Assembly (NCBI GenBank): GCA_044229975.1
Contig: JBGARZ010000001.1
Coordinates: 1,056,001-1,120,000, forward strand
DNA from: Polyangiales bacterium
GTDB taxonomy: Bacteria; Myxococcota_A; Polyangia; Polyangiales; Ga0077539
Direction of reading: 5' to 3'
DNA: 64,000 bases
In this document: one piece after another, positions 42,918 to 52,748 of the stretch
Layout of the letters: every line of letters begins with the position of its first letter
Position numbering within the stretch: position 1 is the stretch's first letter
Position numbers and translations under genes: made by a program
Notes under the pieces: model-generated
Told to the model about the DNA's origin: nothing
Database searches by the model: none
The model's input: only the letters and a program-made list of their open reading frames with translations

Positions 42918-45260
42918 TCAGCCGTACATCGTGACCGCGAAGGTCTTGCCCAGAAACACCCGGCTGGAGAACTTGGTCGCGCGGAGCTTCACCTTGTTGG
43001 CGACGCCCTCCACCTTCGCGCCCGTGTAGTCCAGCTTCACGCCGTTGACCGCCCGCGCGATGCCGCCCACGTCGGCCTTCCACGCGTTGAGGTTGATGAG
43101 CACCTGCGCCATCGAGCGCTTGGCCAGCACCATCTCCAAGAAGAACGGGTGGATGGTGATGTCCGCGCGGTTCACCTTCTGCCGCTTGGTCGTGACGATG
43201 CGATAGGCGATGGGCGCGTTGTCCGCCCAGTTGAGCGCGTTGATGGCGATGGGCCCGACGCTCGTCAGCGTAAACGCCCCCGACACGTTGATGAGCAGCG
43301 TCCCGTAGTGGCACTCGCTCTTGGCCGCGGTGGTCGCGTCGTGCGTCCCGCTGTCGACGTAGAGCCTGCCGTCCACCAGCACCTTGTGCGTGCCGTGCTT
43401 CTCTTCGAGGTGCCCGCCGACCTCGGTGCGCTGCGACGCGCATCGCTCGATGGTCTTCGCCCCCACATGCGTCGTGTGGGTCTTGGAGTTCTCCTGCACA
43501 TGACCCGTGACCGTGGTGGTCATGTTGATCGAGTGCGTCTCCGTCACCGTCAGGTCGACCTCACTGTTCAGCGTCGCGTGATAGGTCTCCTTGAGGGTCT
43601 TCACGACGTGCTCGTGCTTGTTGCCGCCGACCGTTACGTCGAGGTTGGCGCCCGTGTTGAGCAGCCCGTTGCCATCAGTGCTCGACACGTAGTTGTGGTC
43701 GTGCGCGCCGTGCAGCGCCCCGAGGTGCAGGAAGCTCTTCTGCGGCGGAGACGACACGTCGATGTACTGCGAGCCGTCGAGGTCTTCGATCTCGATGCGG
43801 TTCTCGCCGCCGGTCTGGATGACGTTCTGCGAGTAGTTGGCCGAGGTCACGGGCGACGGGCGGTCGGCGTCGTGCACCGCGCCCGCGATGATGGGTCGGT
43901 CGGGGTCGCCCGCCACGAAGGCCACCATCACCTCGGTGCCCTTGCGCAGCGGGAAGTGCTGCCCCTCCGGCTCGCCCGCGTGCGGTTGCAGCATGCGAAC
44001 GCGCGTCGAGTGCGTTCCGTCGGCCCCCTCACGCTGCCGCTCGTCGAAGCGGAAGCGCAGGAGGTAGCGCCCGTGCTCGTCGAGCTGCGCGTACTCGCTC
44101 TCGACCTCACCGTCGATGTGCGCGATCTCCAGGCCCGACACCCGCGGCCGTGCCGTCTTCAACGCCGGCCGGTACTGCACGTCGTCCGCGAGCCCGGTCG
44201 CCACTGTCCAGAGAGTCCGCCGATCGGTCCACGGGACCCACCGCCGCAGCGCAGACTCGTCGCTCACGAGGCGACCACGCATCTCCACCGAGACGCACTG
44301 GTACCCGCGGTTGAACGTCGCCCGCGGCGCTCCCTCCAGCGTGAACTTCCGCCCCGGCGCGACGCCGAGGATGCGCCCCTCGGCGCGAAACACACCGAGG
44401 CTCGCCAGCGGGTCTCCCGCGCGCAGCTTCGCCAGTCGCTTGCCCGCACCGTCTTCGAGGAAGTGATCTTCCATGTGACGCACCACCGCGGGCACATGCG
44501 CGGGCACGACATCTTCCCGCGCATCGAGCGGGGTCGTCGGCTTGAGCGGGTCGTGGTCGCGCAGCCGAACGCTCGCCACCGCGTAGCGCTCCTCGTGGGT
44601 GAAGACCCGCGCGCCCTCATGGCCCGAGTCGCCCTCAGCGGTCTCGGGGACGTACGGGACGATGGCGTCTTCGGCGTCTTCGTGGCGATCGATGCTGTCG
44701 AGATAGACCAGCTTGTCGCCCGCGTCGGTGTGGTCGAAGTAGTAATAGATCCCTTCGCGCTCGAACCACCGCGAGAGGAAGTCGAAGTCGCTCTCGCGGT
44801 ACTGGCAGACGTGGGGGATGGGCTCGTAGCGGCCGCTCAGGCGCTCGCTGAAGTGCGCCGCGGGGAAGCCCGCTTTGCGGAAGACGTCGAGGACGATGTC
44901 CTTGAGGGTCTTGTTGGCCCACACCCGGCTGTGGCGCGAGAGCTTCAGCTTCCAGAACGTCGGCACCAGCTCGCCCACGTAGAGCGCGTTGCCCGCCGGG
45001 TCTTCGTCGAGCAGCTCCAGCGAGGCCCACACGCCCTGCACCTGACGACGGAGGCTGCCGTCGATGTTGTGCACCGTGAGGCGGCCCTGCTGGAGGAGCA
45101 CAGTGCTCGCGTCGAGCGACTCCGCCGCGTCGCCCGGCACCGAGAGCCACACCCGATAGGAGAACGGCTCGGAGAGCGCCTCACGCCCCTCGAAGGCCAT
45201 GGCCCGCGTGCCGGGCGGCAGCGCGTTGGACTCGATGCTGAATACGTCCGGTGCTGACAT
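42918..45260 (-). CDS. vgrG: T6SS spike protein VgrG (second in operon, 780 aa)
   Basis: Same VgrG motifs (CQYRESD, DEHGRY, PLRKGTEV, GDPDRPII). Confidence 0.93.
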   Translation of the reverse strand: MSAPDVFSIESNALPPGTRAMAFEGREALSEPFSYRVWLSVPGDAAESLDASTVLLQQGRLTVHNIDGSLRRQVQGVWASLELLDEDPAGNALYVGELVPTFWKLKLSRHSRVWANKTLKDIVLDVFRKAGFPAAHFSERLSGRYEPIPHVCQYRESDFDFLSRWFEREGIYYYFDHTDAGDKLVYLDSIDRHEDAEDAIVPYVPETAEGDSGHEGARVFTHEERYAVASVRLRDHDPLKPTTPLDAREDVVPAHVPAVVRHMEDHFLEDGAGKRLAKLRAGDPLASLGVFRAEGRILGVAPGRKFTLEGAPRATFNRGYQCVSVEMRGRLVSDESALRRWVPWTDRRTLWTVATGLADDVQYRPALKTARPRVSGLEIAHIDGEVESEYAQLDEHGRYLLRFRFDERQREGADGTHSTRVRMLQPHAGEPEGQHFPLRKGTEVMVAFVAGDPDRPIIAGAVHDADRPSPVTSANYSQNVIQTGGENRIEIEDLDGSQYIDVSSPPQKSFLHLGALHGAHDHNYVSSTDGNGLLNTGANLDVTVGGNKHEHVVKTLKETYHATLNSEVDLTVTETHSINMTTTVTGHVQENSKTHTTHVGAKTIERCASQRTEVGGHLEEKHGTHKVLVDGRLYVDSGTHDATTAAKSECHYGTLLINVSGAFTLTSVGPIAINALNWADNAPIAYRIVTTKRQKVNRADITIHPFFLEMVLAKRSMAQVLINLNAWKADVGGIARAVNGVKLDYTGAKVEGVANKVKLRATKFSSRVFLGKTFAVTMYG

Positions 45261-45273
45261 CGCAACGCTCCTG

Positions 45274-47595
45274 CTAGAGCCACGCCTTGAGGCCGGCCAT
45301 CACCCCGGAGAAGCCCGTGAGCTTCACCTTCGTCGGACCCGTCTCGAACTTGAAGAGCGAGGAGTCGCGCTTGTACGTGTAGAAGCCCGCCTTCTGCGCG
45401 CTGACGCTCACCGCGACGCCGATGGTGTCGAGCTTCATCCCCACCATGCTGACCACGGCCGCGATCATCGACAGCTTGATCTGGTCCTTGGAGTCCTTGG
45501 CGGCCTTGATCGTGTACCACTTGGCCTGGGTCATCTCGGTGCGGACGATCTCCGTCTCCGTCACCTCCGGCGCCATCACCGTGTAGTTGAGCGCGTCGAA
45601 GAACAGGTACGACTGGTCGTTGACCGTCCAGCCGCCCGCTCCGACATTGATGGTCAGCGAGTCGTAGAGCTGCGCCGACACCCCGCTCACCTTCATGGTG
45701 CGCGTCGCGCAGTGCGTCTCCAGCCGACCGTCGACGGTGGTGCTCTGCGTCCCGTGGTGCTCGTCGAGCAGCCCCGCGACCTCGGTGTACTGCGACGCGC
45801 AGGTCTCGATCTTGTGCCCCGTCACCTCGGTGGTGTGCGTGCCGTAGGTCTCGCCGTTGTGCGCGTCGACCACCGTCGTCTGCGTCGCGTGGAAGATCTC
45901 CGTCACGTCTTGCAGGACGTTGACCGTGTGCGTGTTGTCGTACTTCTCCTTGACGGCCTTCTGCACCTCCTCGGTCTTGTGCCCGCCGACCTCGATGTCC
46001 TGGTGGCTGCCCTGATGCACCAGCCCGTCGCCGTCGGTGCTCGCGATCATGTTGTGGGCGTGCGAGCCGTGGTGCGCGCCGAGGTGCAGGAAGGTGTTCT
46101 TCGGGGGCGTGGAGATGTCGATGTGCTGCGAGCCGTCGAGGTCTTCGAGCTCCCAACGGTTGTCGCTGCCGGTGTGGATGACGTTCTTGGTGTGGTTGGC
46201 CGAGGTGACCACTGAGGGGTGATCGGTGTCGGGCATCGCACCCGCGATGACGGGCCGGTCGGGATCGCCGCCGAGGAAGGCCACCATCACCTCGGTGCCC
46301 TTGCGCAGCGGCATGTGCCAGCCCTCGGGCGAGCCCGCGTGCGGTTGCAGCATGCGAATCCAGGTCGACGCCTCGCCCGCCGGGTTGGCCTTCTCGTCGA
46401 GGTGCAGCCTCACCTTGTAACGACCCAGCGAGTCGATCTGCGAGTAGTCGCTGTCGGCCGGACCATCGACAAAACCGATCTCCACGCCCTCCACGCGCGG
46501 CGTCGGCGTCACCCGCTGCGGGCGGTACTGCACCGTCGCGCGCATCGCCTCGACCTCGACCTGGTACATGCTCCGACCGAGCCGCGCTCGCAGCGCCGCG
46601 GAGCCGTCGCCCTCGGGCAGCGCGTTGCCACGGTGGCGGAGCGACACGGCGAGGTACTCCTGGTTGAAGGCCGCGCGGGGATGGGCATCGAGCTCGAAGC
46701 GCGCACCCGGTTGCAGATCGAAGACGCGACCACGGGCGGTGTAGCGCTCCTGGGAGGAGGTCCGCTCGTCGGCCCGGAGCTTCGCCGCGCGCGACGCATC
46801 GGTGGTCGTAGCCGCGTCGTCCTCCAGATGAAACACCGACTCGCCATAGCCGGGTCCCGCCTTGGGCTTGGAGACATCGAGCGCGGTGGTGGGCGTCGTG
46901 TCGTTGTAGTCGCGCACCCGGGATGCTGCGGTGAGCGCCGAGCGCCGATGGGTGAAGGTGTAGAGCGCGTCGGGCGCCGAGCTGTCTTCTTCGCCCGTCG
47001 CGAAGTACCGGACGGCCGCGGCGGGCGAGCGCGGGTGGTGCGCGTCGTCGTCGGTGATGATGAGCTTCTCGCGTTCGCCGTCGTGGTCGAACCACCAGAA
47101 GAGACCCGACTGCTCCATCCAGCGCTGGGCGAAATCGTGGTGGCTCTCGCGGTACTGGCAGACGTGTTCGAGGGGACGGTAGCGTTGCCCGAGCTGCAGC
47201 GCGAAGTCGTCGCCGTCGCGCAGCCCGACGGCCTGGAGCGTCTCCTTCAGGATCTCCTCCAGCGTGCGGCCGACGAAGACCTTGGAGTGGCGGTCCATCG
47301 ATGCGAGCGACCAGCGCGGCGCGAAGGTGAGCTGTAGCAGCGAGCCCTCGACCCAGGTGGCGAAGACGACCACGCCGTGGAGCGTGCGCCGTGGTCCGCC
47401 GACGTCGTCGACGTAGCGCAGCGTGACGGCCTGACCGATCAGGTCGCGCAGCGAGAGGGCGTCAGACTCCTCCGCGGGGACCGCGATCCAGACGTCGAAA
47501 CGGTAGAGGGTGCAGAGGCCCTCGAAGCCGTCGATGCCCACCACCCGCGAGGTGGTCGGCAGCGAGGCGCCCTCGAACGAGAAGACTTCCGCCAT
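45274..47595 (-). CDS. vgrG: T6SS spike protein VgrG (first in operon, 773 aa)
   Basis: HVCQYRESH..F..RWME..G, DSLGRYKV, PLRKGTEV, GGDPDRPVI. Confidence 0.93.
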   Translation of the reverse strand: MAEVFSFEGASLPTTSRVVGIDGFEGLCTLYRFDVWIAVPAEESDALSLRDLIGQAVTLRYVDDVGGPRRTLHGVVVFATWVEGSLLQLTFAPRWSLASMDRHSKVFVGRTLEEILKETLQAVGLRDGDDFALQLGQRYRPLEHVCQYRESHHDFAQRWMEQSGLFWWFDHDGEREKLIITDDDAHHPRSPAAAVRYFATGEEDSSAPDALYTFTHRRSALTAASRVRDYNDTTPTTALDVSKPKAGPGYGESVFHLEDDAATTTDASRAAKLRADERTSSQERYTARGRVFDLQPGARFELDAHPRAAFNQEYLAVSLRHRGNALPEGDGSAALRARLGRSMYQVEVEAMRATVQYRPQRVTPTPRVEGVEIGFVDGPADSDYSQIDSLGRYKVRLHLDEKANPAGEASTWIRMLQPHAGSPEGWHMPLRKGTEVMVAFLGGDPDRPVIAGAMPDTDHPSVVTSANHTKNVIHTGSDNRWELEDLDGSQHIDISTPPKNTFLHLGAHHGSHAHNMIASTDGDGLVHQGSHQDIEVGGHKTEEVQKAVKEKYDNTHTVNVLQDVTEIFHATQTTVVDAHNGETYGTHTTEVTGHKIETCASQYTEVAGLLDEHHGTQSTTVDGRLETHCATRTMKVSGVSAQLYDSLTINVGAGGWTVNDQSYLFFDALNYTVMAPEVTETEIVRTEMTQAKWYTIKAAKDSKDQIKLSMIAAVVSMVGMKLDTIGVAVSVSAQKAGFYTYKRDSSLFKFETGPTKVKLTGFSGVMAGLKAWL

Positions 47596-47660
47596 GAGTC
47601 ACCTGCGCCGCAGTGGGCATCCCCGCGCGAGACCTTGTCAAGGTCGGACGGGGCACCGCT

Positions 47661-48377
47661 TCAGTCGGTGTGGATGCCGTCCGAGAGGTCGATCATCGAG
47701 GCGAGGAGCAACAGCATCGCGGCGCGCGACCACAGGTCGGGCTCGATGCTCCAGCGCACTCCGACGGGGTGTGTCACGTCGCCACGCCAGGCCGACAGCC
47801 CCTCCGTCGACGCCTCCACGAGGACCGCAGCACTCGCGTCGTCCAGCCACCGCACGCCGACACACTCGGGCGGCGAGAGGAACGACCAGAACCCATGGAT
47901 GCCGCCAACGAGAACAGGGTCGAGCCGCAGCGCGCGGCCACCGATCACGAGGCGGTCTTTCGGGTCGAGCGGCTCCGCGCGCCACTTCGTGCTTCGCCGG
48001 ACCTGCGAGCGCACCGTGCCCGCGGCGTCGACGAGCGTGGTGCCCGTGCGTTCGGTGCGGGCGACGCCCTGTTGCGACCAGCGGCCGTCGGGTGTCGGCG
48101 CGAGCAGCGCCTCCTCGTAGGACTGCTCCGAGAGCCAGCGCGGGTGGCGACCGAGCGCACACCACGGACGCCCGCCGTGGTCGACGATGGCGTAGCCAGC
48201 TTCGAGGTAGCCCGGCGCGAGGCGCAGCCGGTCGAGGGGATCGTCGCCGCGACGTGGCTTGCTGATGGAGAGGACGGCGTCGTCGGCGTCGGTCCAGCGC
48301 CACAGGCGAAACTGCGAGGCCGTGCGGAGGATTTCCGTGGTCGGACCGATCCAATGGACGACGTCGCGAGGAGGCAT
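47661..48377 (-). CDS. Hypothetical protein
   Basis: ORF fills the gap co-directionally and has a protein-like, Trp-rich composition. Confidence 0.55.
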   Translation of the reverse strand: MPPRDVVHWIGPTTEILRTASQFRLWRWTDADDAVLSISKPRRGDDPLDRLRLAPGYLEAGYAIVDHGGRPWCALGRHPRWLSEQSYEEALLAPTPDGRWSQQGVARTERTGTTLVDAAGTVRSQVRRSTKWRAEPLDPKDRLVIGGRALRLDPVLVGGIHGFWSFLSPPECVGVRWLDDASAAVLVEASTEGLSAWRGDVTHPVGVRWSIEPDLWSRAAMLLLLASMIDLSDGIHTD

Positions 48378-48386
48378 CGGGGGCGA

Positions 48387-48626
48387 CTACTCCGCGGGCG
48401 GCGGATCGGGCTCGCGATTGGGGAGCTGCACCGCGGCGCCGCCGATCTGGATGCGGGTGGTGCCAGCCTCGGGCTGGTTGCGGATGTCGACGGTGGGGAC
48501 GCCGATGGCGTGCTCGACGTGGAGCTGCACGTTGGGGTCGCGCGGCGGCGCGGGCGGCGGCTCGCGGCGCGGACAGCCGAGGACGGCGACGGCCGTTGCG
48601 ACGAGGGCGAACGTTCTAGAGGTCAA
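48387..48626 (-). CDS. Small hypothetical lipoprotein
   Basis: Lipobox VLGC. Probable TTG start overlaps the end of kup. Confidence 0.5.
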   Translation of the reverse strand: MTSRTFALVATAVAVLGCPRREPPPAPPRDPNVQLHVEHAIGVPTVDIRNQPEAGTTRIQIGGAAVQLPNREPDPPPAE

Positions 48627-50529
48627 TCTGGACTCCAAGCTCGACCACCTTCTCGGCGGGCACCCCGAAGTAGAGCGGTGCGCTGTGGGCGTTGCGGTTG
48701 AGAAAGGCGAAGAGCGACTCGGTCCACGGGCCCATGCGCCCCTTGGCGCCCGCGATGAAGGTCTCGCGACCGAGGTAGTAGGTCACGTCGTCCATCGAGA
48801 ACGGGAGCGTTCCTTCGGCGATGGCCTGGGCGAGCATCGAGGGGACGTTGGGGCTCTCCATGAAGCCGCAGCGCGCGATGACCCGGTGGATGCCCGGCGC
48901 GATGAGCTCGACCTTGATGCGCCCGGCCTTCGGCACGACGGGGATATGGTCGGTGGTGATGGTGAGCAGCACGACGGTCTCCTGAAGGACACGCAGGCGC
49001 TCGACGTGGTGGAAGAGCACCGGGGGTGTTCCGGTAGCGCTCGACGCGAGGAACACCGCGACGCCCGGCGTGCGCGCGACGACGCGATCGGGGAGGGTCG
49101 CGAGGAAGCCCGCCAGCGGCGGAGAGCGCTCGGCGAAGTAGTCGCCCAGGTGGGTGCGTCCCATCTTCCAGACGATCATCACGACGCAGAAGACGACGGC
49201 CACGGCGACGGGGAGGTAACCGCCGTCGAAGAACTTCAGGAGGTTGGCGACCAGGAAGGGGATGTCGAAGGCGAGGAAGAGCAGCAGCAGCGCCCAGGAC
49301 TTCCACGCGGGCCACTTCCACGTCTCCCGCGTGACGGCGAAGAACGCGATGCTGGTGATGGCCATGGTGCCGGAGACGGCGAGCCCGTAGGCCGCCGCGA
49401 GCGACGACGAATGCTTGAAGGCGACCACGAGCGAGATGCACGCCCCGGCGAGCGCCCAGTTGACGCTGGGGATGTAGATCTGCCCCTCGGCGCTACCCGA
49501 GGTGTGGCGGATGAGCACGCGCGGGAGGTAGCCGAGGCGCACGGCCTGCTGGGTGAGCGAGAAGATGCCGGAGATGAGCGCCTGCGAGGCGATGACCGTG
49601 GCGGGCGCCGCGAGGGCCACGAGCGCGACCGTGGCCGGCCCGACGGGGACCATGCTGAAGAAGGGCGCGGAGGCGAGCGCAGGGTGCGCGAGGACGAGCG
49701 CTCCCTGCCCGAGGTAGCAGCAGACGAGGGCGGGAAACACGAAGCCCAGCCAGACGTACCGGATGGGCTTCGCTCCGAAGTGACCCATGTCGGCGTAGAG
49801 GGCCTCGCCGCCGGTGACCGCGAGCACGACGGAGCCGAGGAGCCGGAAGCCGTGGCTACCGTGGTGCGCGAAGAAGCGGACGCCGTAGACGGGCGAGAAG
49901 GCGTGGAGGACGGCGGGGTTGTGGGCGAGGTGCCAGAGGCCGAGACCGCCTATGACGCTGAACCAGAGCGCCATGATGGGGCCGAAGACGCGGCCGATGC
50001 CGGCGGTGCCCCGGCGCTGGATGGCGAAGAGCGCGACGAGGATCGCGACGGTGATGGGCACGACGTACGAGCGCACCGACGGAGCGACGAGCTGGAGGCC
50101 CTCGATGGCGCTCAAGACGGAGATGGCGGGAGTCACGATGCCGTCGCCGAAGAGCAGGGCGGCGCCGACGATGACCAGCAGCGCCACGGTGCCGAAGCGC
50201 ACCGAGCCCGGCTTGCGTGCGCGCTCGGGGAGGAGCGCGAGCAGCGAGAAGATGCCGCCCTCGCCCCGGTTGTCGGCGCGCATCACGAAGGCGAGGTACT
50301 TCACCGTCACGACCATCACCAGCGACCAGATGATGAGCGAGAGCACGCCGAGGACGTTGTCGCGCGTGGGCGTGACGCCGTGGGGCGAGCCGACGCACTC
50401 CTGGAAGGTGTAGAGGGGGGACGTTCCGATGTCGCCGTAGACGATGCCGACGGCGCCCAGCATCAGCGCGGTGAGGCTCTCGGTGTGGGACGAACCGTGC
50501 GCTGGGTCTTCGGAGGGGTTGGTGCTCAT
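48616..50529 (-). CDS. kup: KUP/HAK/KT potassium transporter
   Basis: GIVYGDIGTSPLY, ADNRGEGG, GDGIVTPAISVLSAIEG, TGGEALYADMGHFG, GQIYIP, YYLGRE, VELG. Confidence 0.96.
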   Translation of the reverse strand: MSTNPSEDPAHGSSHTESLTALMLGAVGIVYGDIGTSPLYTFQECVGSPHGVTPTRDNVLGVLSLIIWSLVMVVTVKYLAFVMRADNRGEGGIFSLLALLPERARKPGSVRFGTVALLVIVGAALLFGDGIVTPAISVLSAIEGLQLVAPSVRSYVVPITVAILVALFAIQRRGTAGIGRVFGPIMALWFSVIGGLGLWHLAHNPAVLHAFSPVYGVRFFAHHGSHGFRLLGSVVLAVTGGEALYADMGHFGAKPIRYVWLGFVFPALVCCYLGQGALVLAHPALASAPFFSMVPVGPATVALVALAAPATVIASQALISGIFSLTQQAVRLGYLPRVLIRHTSGSAEGQIYIPSVNWALAGACISLVVAFKHSSSLAAAYGLAVSGTMAITSIAFFAVTRETWKWPAWKSWALLLLFLAFDIPFLVANLLKFFDGGYLPVAVAVVFCVVMIVWKMGRTHLGDYFAERSPPLAGFLATLPDRVVARTPGVAVFLASSATGTPPVLFHHVERLRVLQETVVLLTITTDHIPVVPKAGRIKVELIAPGIHRVIARCGFMESPNVPSMLAQAIAEGTLPFSMDDVTYYLGRETFIAGAKGRMGPWTESLFAFLNRNAHSAPLYFGVPAEKVVELGVQIDL

Positions 50530-50640
50530 CGGCAGCGCGATGTGAACGCCATTCGTCGCGCCACGGCAAGACGAACCCCGCACGGCCTCAACGGCATCGC
50601 CAGAACTCCCTGTTCGCGGTGGTGGGCTCACCATCGGGTC

Positions 50641-51117
50641 TCAGCCGATGCTGACGATCTCGATGGCGCGTTCGACGCCGCCGGTGACGACCTCGCAGAC
50701 GTCCCCCACCTCGCGTCCCACGATGGCCCGTCCGAGCGGGGACATCGGGGTCACGACGTGAACGCGGCCTTCCGCGAGCACGCTCCCTCCCCCGTGTGGC
50801 GCGACGAAGAGCACCCGCTCCACGTCGTCCTCGCTCGTCGTCACGAGCGAGCCGGTCACGACGGTTCCGTGCCCGGCGCTGAAGTGCATCGCCGCGACCT
50901 CGGCGACGGCCCGCTGCGCCTCCTCGACGCGGGCGGCCTGTCCGCGCGCGAGGTACGACTGTTCGAGGGCGCGGGTGTCCTTGCTGTTCTCGGGTCGGGC
51001 CTCTTCGTGGGTCGCGCCTTCGAGGGTCTCGTGGTGCGCCCGCAGGAGCTGTTCGAGGTTGGTCTGGAGTCGCGTGAGCAGCTCGTCGCGGAGCGCCGAT
51101 CGGTTGGGCAGTGACAT
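50641..51117 (-). CDS. GreA/GreB family elongation factor-like protein
   Basis: ATHEE.RPEN.KDTRALEQSYLARGQ, TPMSPLGRAIVG..VGD. Confidence 0.85.
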   Translation of the reverse strand: MSLPNRSALRDELLTRLQTNLEQLLRAHHETLEGATHEEARPENSKDTRALEQSYLARGQAARVEEAQRAVAEVAAMHFSAGHGTVVTGSLVTTSEDDVERVLFVAPHGGGSVLAEGRVHVVTPMSPLGRAIVGREVGDVCEVVTGGVERAIEIVSIG

Positions 51118-51176
51118 GGGTGGGCCGCGACCGATCTATCGGTGACGCGGGCTGCGCGCCAGTGCCTTCGAGCGGG

Positions 51177-52748
51177 TCAGCGCTGTCGCGGGCTGACCTC
51201 GATCTCGCCCATCATCCCGCGCTCGGAGTGCTCGGAGATGTGGCAGTGGTACATCCAGCGCCCGGGGTTTTCGAGGTACGTGAGCACCGTCACGGGCTGC
51301 GCGCCGCGCACCAGCACGGTGTCCTTGAGGCCGGGCTCCTCGGCCGCGCGCGCCGCCGGGGCGATGATCTGGAAGAACTGCCCGTGCAGGTGAAACGGGT
51401 GCTCCGGGCTCACGTTGGAGCGCAGCGTGATGGCCACCGGGGTCATCTGTTGGAAGAGCCGTGCCGCGTGGTCGTGCGGGCCGCCCGCGTCCACGAGGTG
51501 ATGCCCCGCCGTGCCGTTGATGGTGAACTCCACCCCGCCGTCGACCTGTCCCCCGGACAGCGCGAGCGACCACGTCTCCATCACCGTCGGGTCGGTGAAG
51601 GGCAGCGTCACCTCCGGCGCGACGTACGGCTTGCGCACCGGCACCTCGCCCACGAGGCTCACCCGCGCCATCGGAAACGGAACCGTCACCACCTGGTCGT
51701 TGGCGTCGAGCGTGAGCACCATCGCGCGCAGCAACACCTCGGTCTGCTCGGCGGGCGCCTCGTAGCGGACCTCCAGTTCGAAGCGCTGCCCCGGCGCGAT
51801 GTCGAGGCTCTCGGTCTCGTACGGCGTCGGCAGCAGACCACCGTCGGTGCCGATGACGCGGATGGTCGCGCCCACGAGCTCCAGCGTGTACGAGCGAGCG
51901 TTGGCGCTGTTGATGATGCGCCAGCGCTCGACGCTGTTGCGGGGCGCCTCGAAGGCCCACGGGGTAGAGCTTCCGTTGATGAGCAGCGTGTTGCCGAGGC
52001 GCCCACGGCCCACGTCGGGGCCGCTGTTGAGGAAGGCGCTGATGCGACCGGCGGCGGTGAGGCGCACGTCGTCGAGGACGATGACGCGCTCGCGGTCGAC
52101 GGGCGGCGGCCGTCGCTCGTGCACCACGATGGAGCCGGAGAGGCCGCGCTCGATCTGCTCGATGCTGTTGACGTGGGCGTGGTACCAGAACGTCCCCGCC
52201 TCGGGGACGACGAAGTCGTACGTGAACGAACCACCGGGCTCGACGGGCTGCTGGATGCGGGGCGAGCCGTCCATCTGATCGCTGATTCGCAGGCCGTGCC
52301 AGTGCACGGTGTGCGGCACGTCCATGTCGTTCTGGAAGTGAACGATCACCCGGTCGCCGACGCGCGCATGCAGCAACGGCCCAGGCACCATGCCGTTGTA
52401 GGCGAGCACGGGCGTCTGGAGCGAGCCGGTGAAGTTGGCCTCGGCCGCGGAGGCTGTGAGAGACACTTCCACAATGGTCGGGTCGGGGTTGGTGTCGACC
52501 AGCGCGGGCGGACCTTCGAGCGGCGGCAGCGGCGGCACCGCGGGCACATCGGCGAGGTCGCTCGCGACGTCGGCCGGAGCGTCGACCGCGACGTCCATGA
52601 CGAGCCCGGCATCGACCGCAGTGGGCGGCGTCGCAGGGGCCGGATCACTGCACGCGGCGACGAGCGAGAGCGTGCTCGCGAGGAAGGCGGAGCGCCCGAT
52701 CGTCACCCGCCGAAAGGCATCCCACCGTCGACCCATGTGCTTGGACAT
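51177..52748 (-). CDS. Multicopper oxidase, lipoprotein
   Basis: HTVHWHG, FWYHAH, HPFHLHG, YHCHISEHSERGM. Lipobox VAAC. Confidence 0.93.
   Translation of the reverse strand: MSKHMGRRWDAFRRVTIGRSAFLASTLSLVAACSDPAPATPPTAVDAGLVMDVAVDAPADVASDLADVPAVPPLPPLEGPPALVDTNPDPTIVEVSLTASAAEANFTGSLQTPVLAYNGMVPGPLLHARVGDRVIVHFQNDMDVPHTVHWHGLRISDQMDGSPRIQQPVEPGGSFTYDFVVPEAGTFWYHAHVNSIEQIERGLSGSIVVHERRPPPVDRERVIVLDDVRLTAAGRISAFLNSGPDVGRGRLGNTLLINGSSTPWAFEAPRNSVERWRIINSANARSYTLELVGATIRVIGTDGGLLPTPYETESLDIAPGQRFELEVRYEAPAEQTEVLLRAMVLTLDANDQVVTVPFPMARVSLVGEVPVRKPYVAPEVTLPFTDPTVMETWSLALSGGQVDGGVEFTINGTAGHHLVDAGGPHDHAARLFQQMTPVAITLRSNVSPEHPFHLHGQFFQIIAPAARAAEEPGLKDTVLVRGAQPVTVLTYLENPGRWMYHCHISEHSERGMMGEIEVSPRQR

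Noticed and set aside
40564..47595. Prophage tail or eCIS locus
   Set aside because: No sheath, tube, baseplate wedge, capsid or AAA+ genes. The neighbours are T6SS tag-type genes.
50530..50640. c-di-AMP (ydaO) riboswitch upstream of kup
   Set aside because: None of the conserved ydaO sequence blocks are recognisable.
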